Below are positions 57,753 to 58,460 of a stretch of DNA of 58,460 nucleotides, in pieces. The stretch comes from Nitrospirota bacterium. Lineage in GTDB: Bacteria; Nitrospirota; UBA9217. The translations under genes and the position numbers were made by a program. Below the pieces are notes generated by a model. The model saw only the letters and a list, made by a program, of their open reading frames with translations. It was not told where the DNA came from and ran no database searches. The DNA is taken from NCBI GenBank assembly GCA_035623825.1, contig DASPSR010000064.1:1-58460 (forward strand). Direction: 5' to 3'. The stretch's first letter is position 1, and each line of letters opens with the position of its first letter.

Positions 57753-58412
57753 TTAGTAAGACAACTTTAACGGAATATATCCTCCAGCGATGTAATAAGC
57801 CAGCTTCAGAAGTTCCGCAGCGAAGTCACGCAATCCATTCTCTTGAGACCACCAATGGTCAAGTTGATATGAATTAAAGCAGGCAGAAGGGAAGATTTTA
57901 ATATGGAATGGAATGCATAAATGTTGATATACAAGATAGCTCCGCCGCGCATGAAAACCTGATGACAGTAGGATGGCACTCTTTACATCTTCTTTAGAGA
58001 TAGTCTCCAATGCTCCTCTCGCTGCTGTCAAGGTTATTGGCTGATGAATGTGGGTTACAATGATGCTGAAATCCCTTTCTTTCAGTCCGAGGGCTTCCAT
58101 TTCTTTCTTGACAAGATGTGGATAATCTTCATTGAAAGCAAAAGGTCTGTCAGATGGAGCAATTCGGTGCAATACGACAATAATTCGTTTGACCTTTCCT
58201 GATGATAGCAAATTCATCCCACACCTTACCATACCTCTATTAATAAATTCAGTACCTTCAAGAATGGCGACATCAGCAATATAATTACCCTCAGGCGCCA
58301 TAAACTGGCCTGCTCGCATCAGGATAGGCACTCGGAATGTGAAAATAAGAATAATTATTAAGAATAGAGAAAGACTAATTCCTCCCCAAATCCATTTGAC
58401 CCTATTTTTCAT
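57753..58412 (-). CDS. YdcF/DUF218-like membrane-anchored protein
   Basis: N-terminal TM helix, AD.AILEG, T...A, ILLSS.FHARRS, WW, E..KL..Y. Confidence 0.75.
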   Translation of the reverse strand: MKNRVKWIWGGISLSLFLIIILIFTFRVPILMRAGQFMAPEGNYIADVAILEGTEFINRGMVRCGMNLLSSGKVKRIIVVLHRIAPSDRPFAFNEDYPHLVKKEMEALGLKERDFSIIVTHIHQPITLTAARGALETISKEDVKSAILLSSGFHARRSYLVYQHLCIPFHIKIFPSACFNSYQLDHWWSQENGLRDFAAELLKLAYYIAGGYIPLKLSY

Positions 58413-58460
58413 TTCTTATCCAATAGGTTACGAGTTATCTTTACAACAAGTGTCAACGCC

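Overview
Bacterial chromosomal segment; gene content suggests an anaerobe of the Nitrospirota/Desulfobacterota type (inference, not a lookup). From left to right: (1) a partial IS3-family element at the left edge; (2) a ~22 kb minus-strand exopolysaccharide cluster (741-23076) with a chain-length co-polymerase carrying six 66-aa N-terminal repeats, a BY-kinase, a priming sugar transferase fused to a degenerate GGDEF-like domain, amino-sugar enzymes, glycosyltransferases, deacetylases, FemAB/GNAT proteins, a Cys-less asparagine-synthetase-like protein and a secreted beta-helix protein; (3) housekeeping genes (yacG, a tonB-btuB-btuDCF cluster with two cobalamin riboswitches, recO, dedA, era, nadA, rmuC, tatA); (4) a divergent signalling locus (39372-50075) in which a Lon protease with a complete response-regulator receiver domain inserted into its AAA+ module lies in an apparent operon with a HAMP histidine kinase and a sigma-54 activator, flanked by TauE transporters, universal stress proteins, a HEAT protein and an unannotated 58-aa ORF behind a sigma-54 promoter; (5) an IS605-type tnpA/tnpB element with a duplicated right end, whose second copy abuts a fragment of a HEAT-gene paralogue and so would give a near self-targeting guide; (6) a PDZ/CsgG lipoprotein, membrane proteins and a hydrogenase-related (Ehr-type) subunit pair lacking the NiFe ligands. 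No rRNA, tRNA or CRISPR array was seen. Top candidates for new biology are the receiver-containing Lon system, the TnpB double right end, and the EPS priming transferase and co-polymerase fusions.
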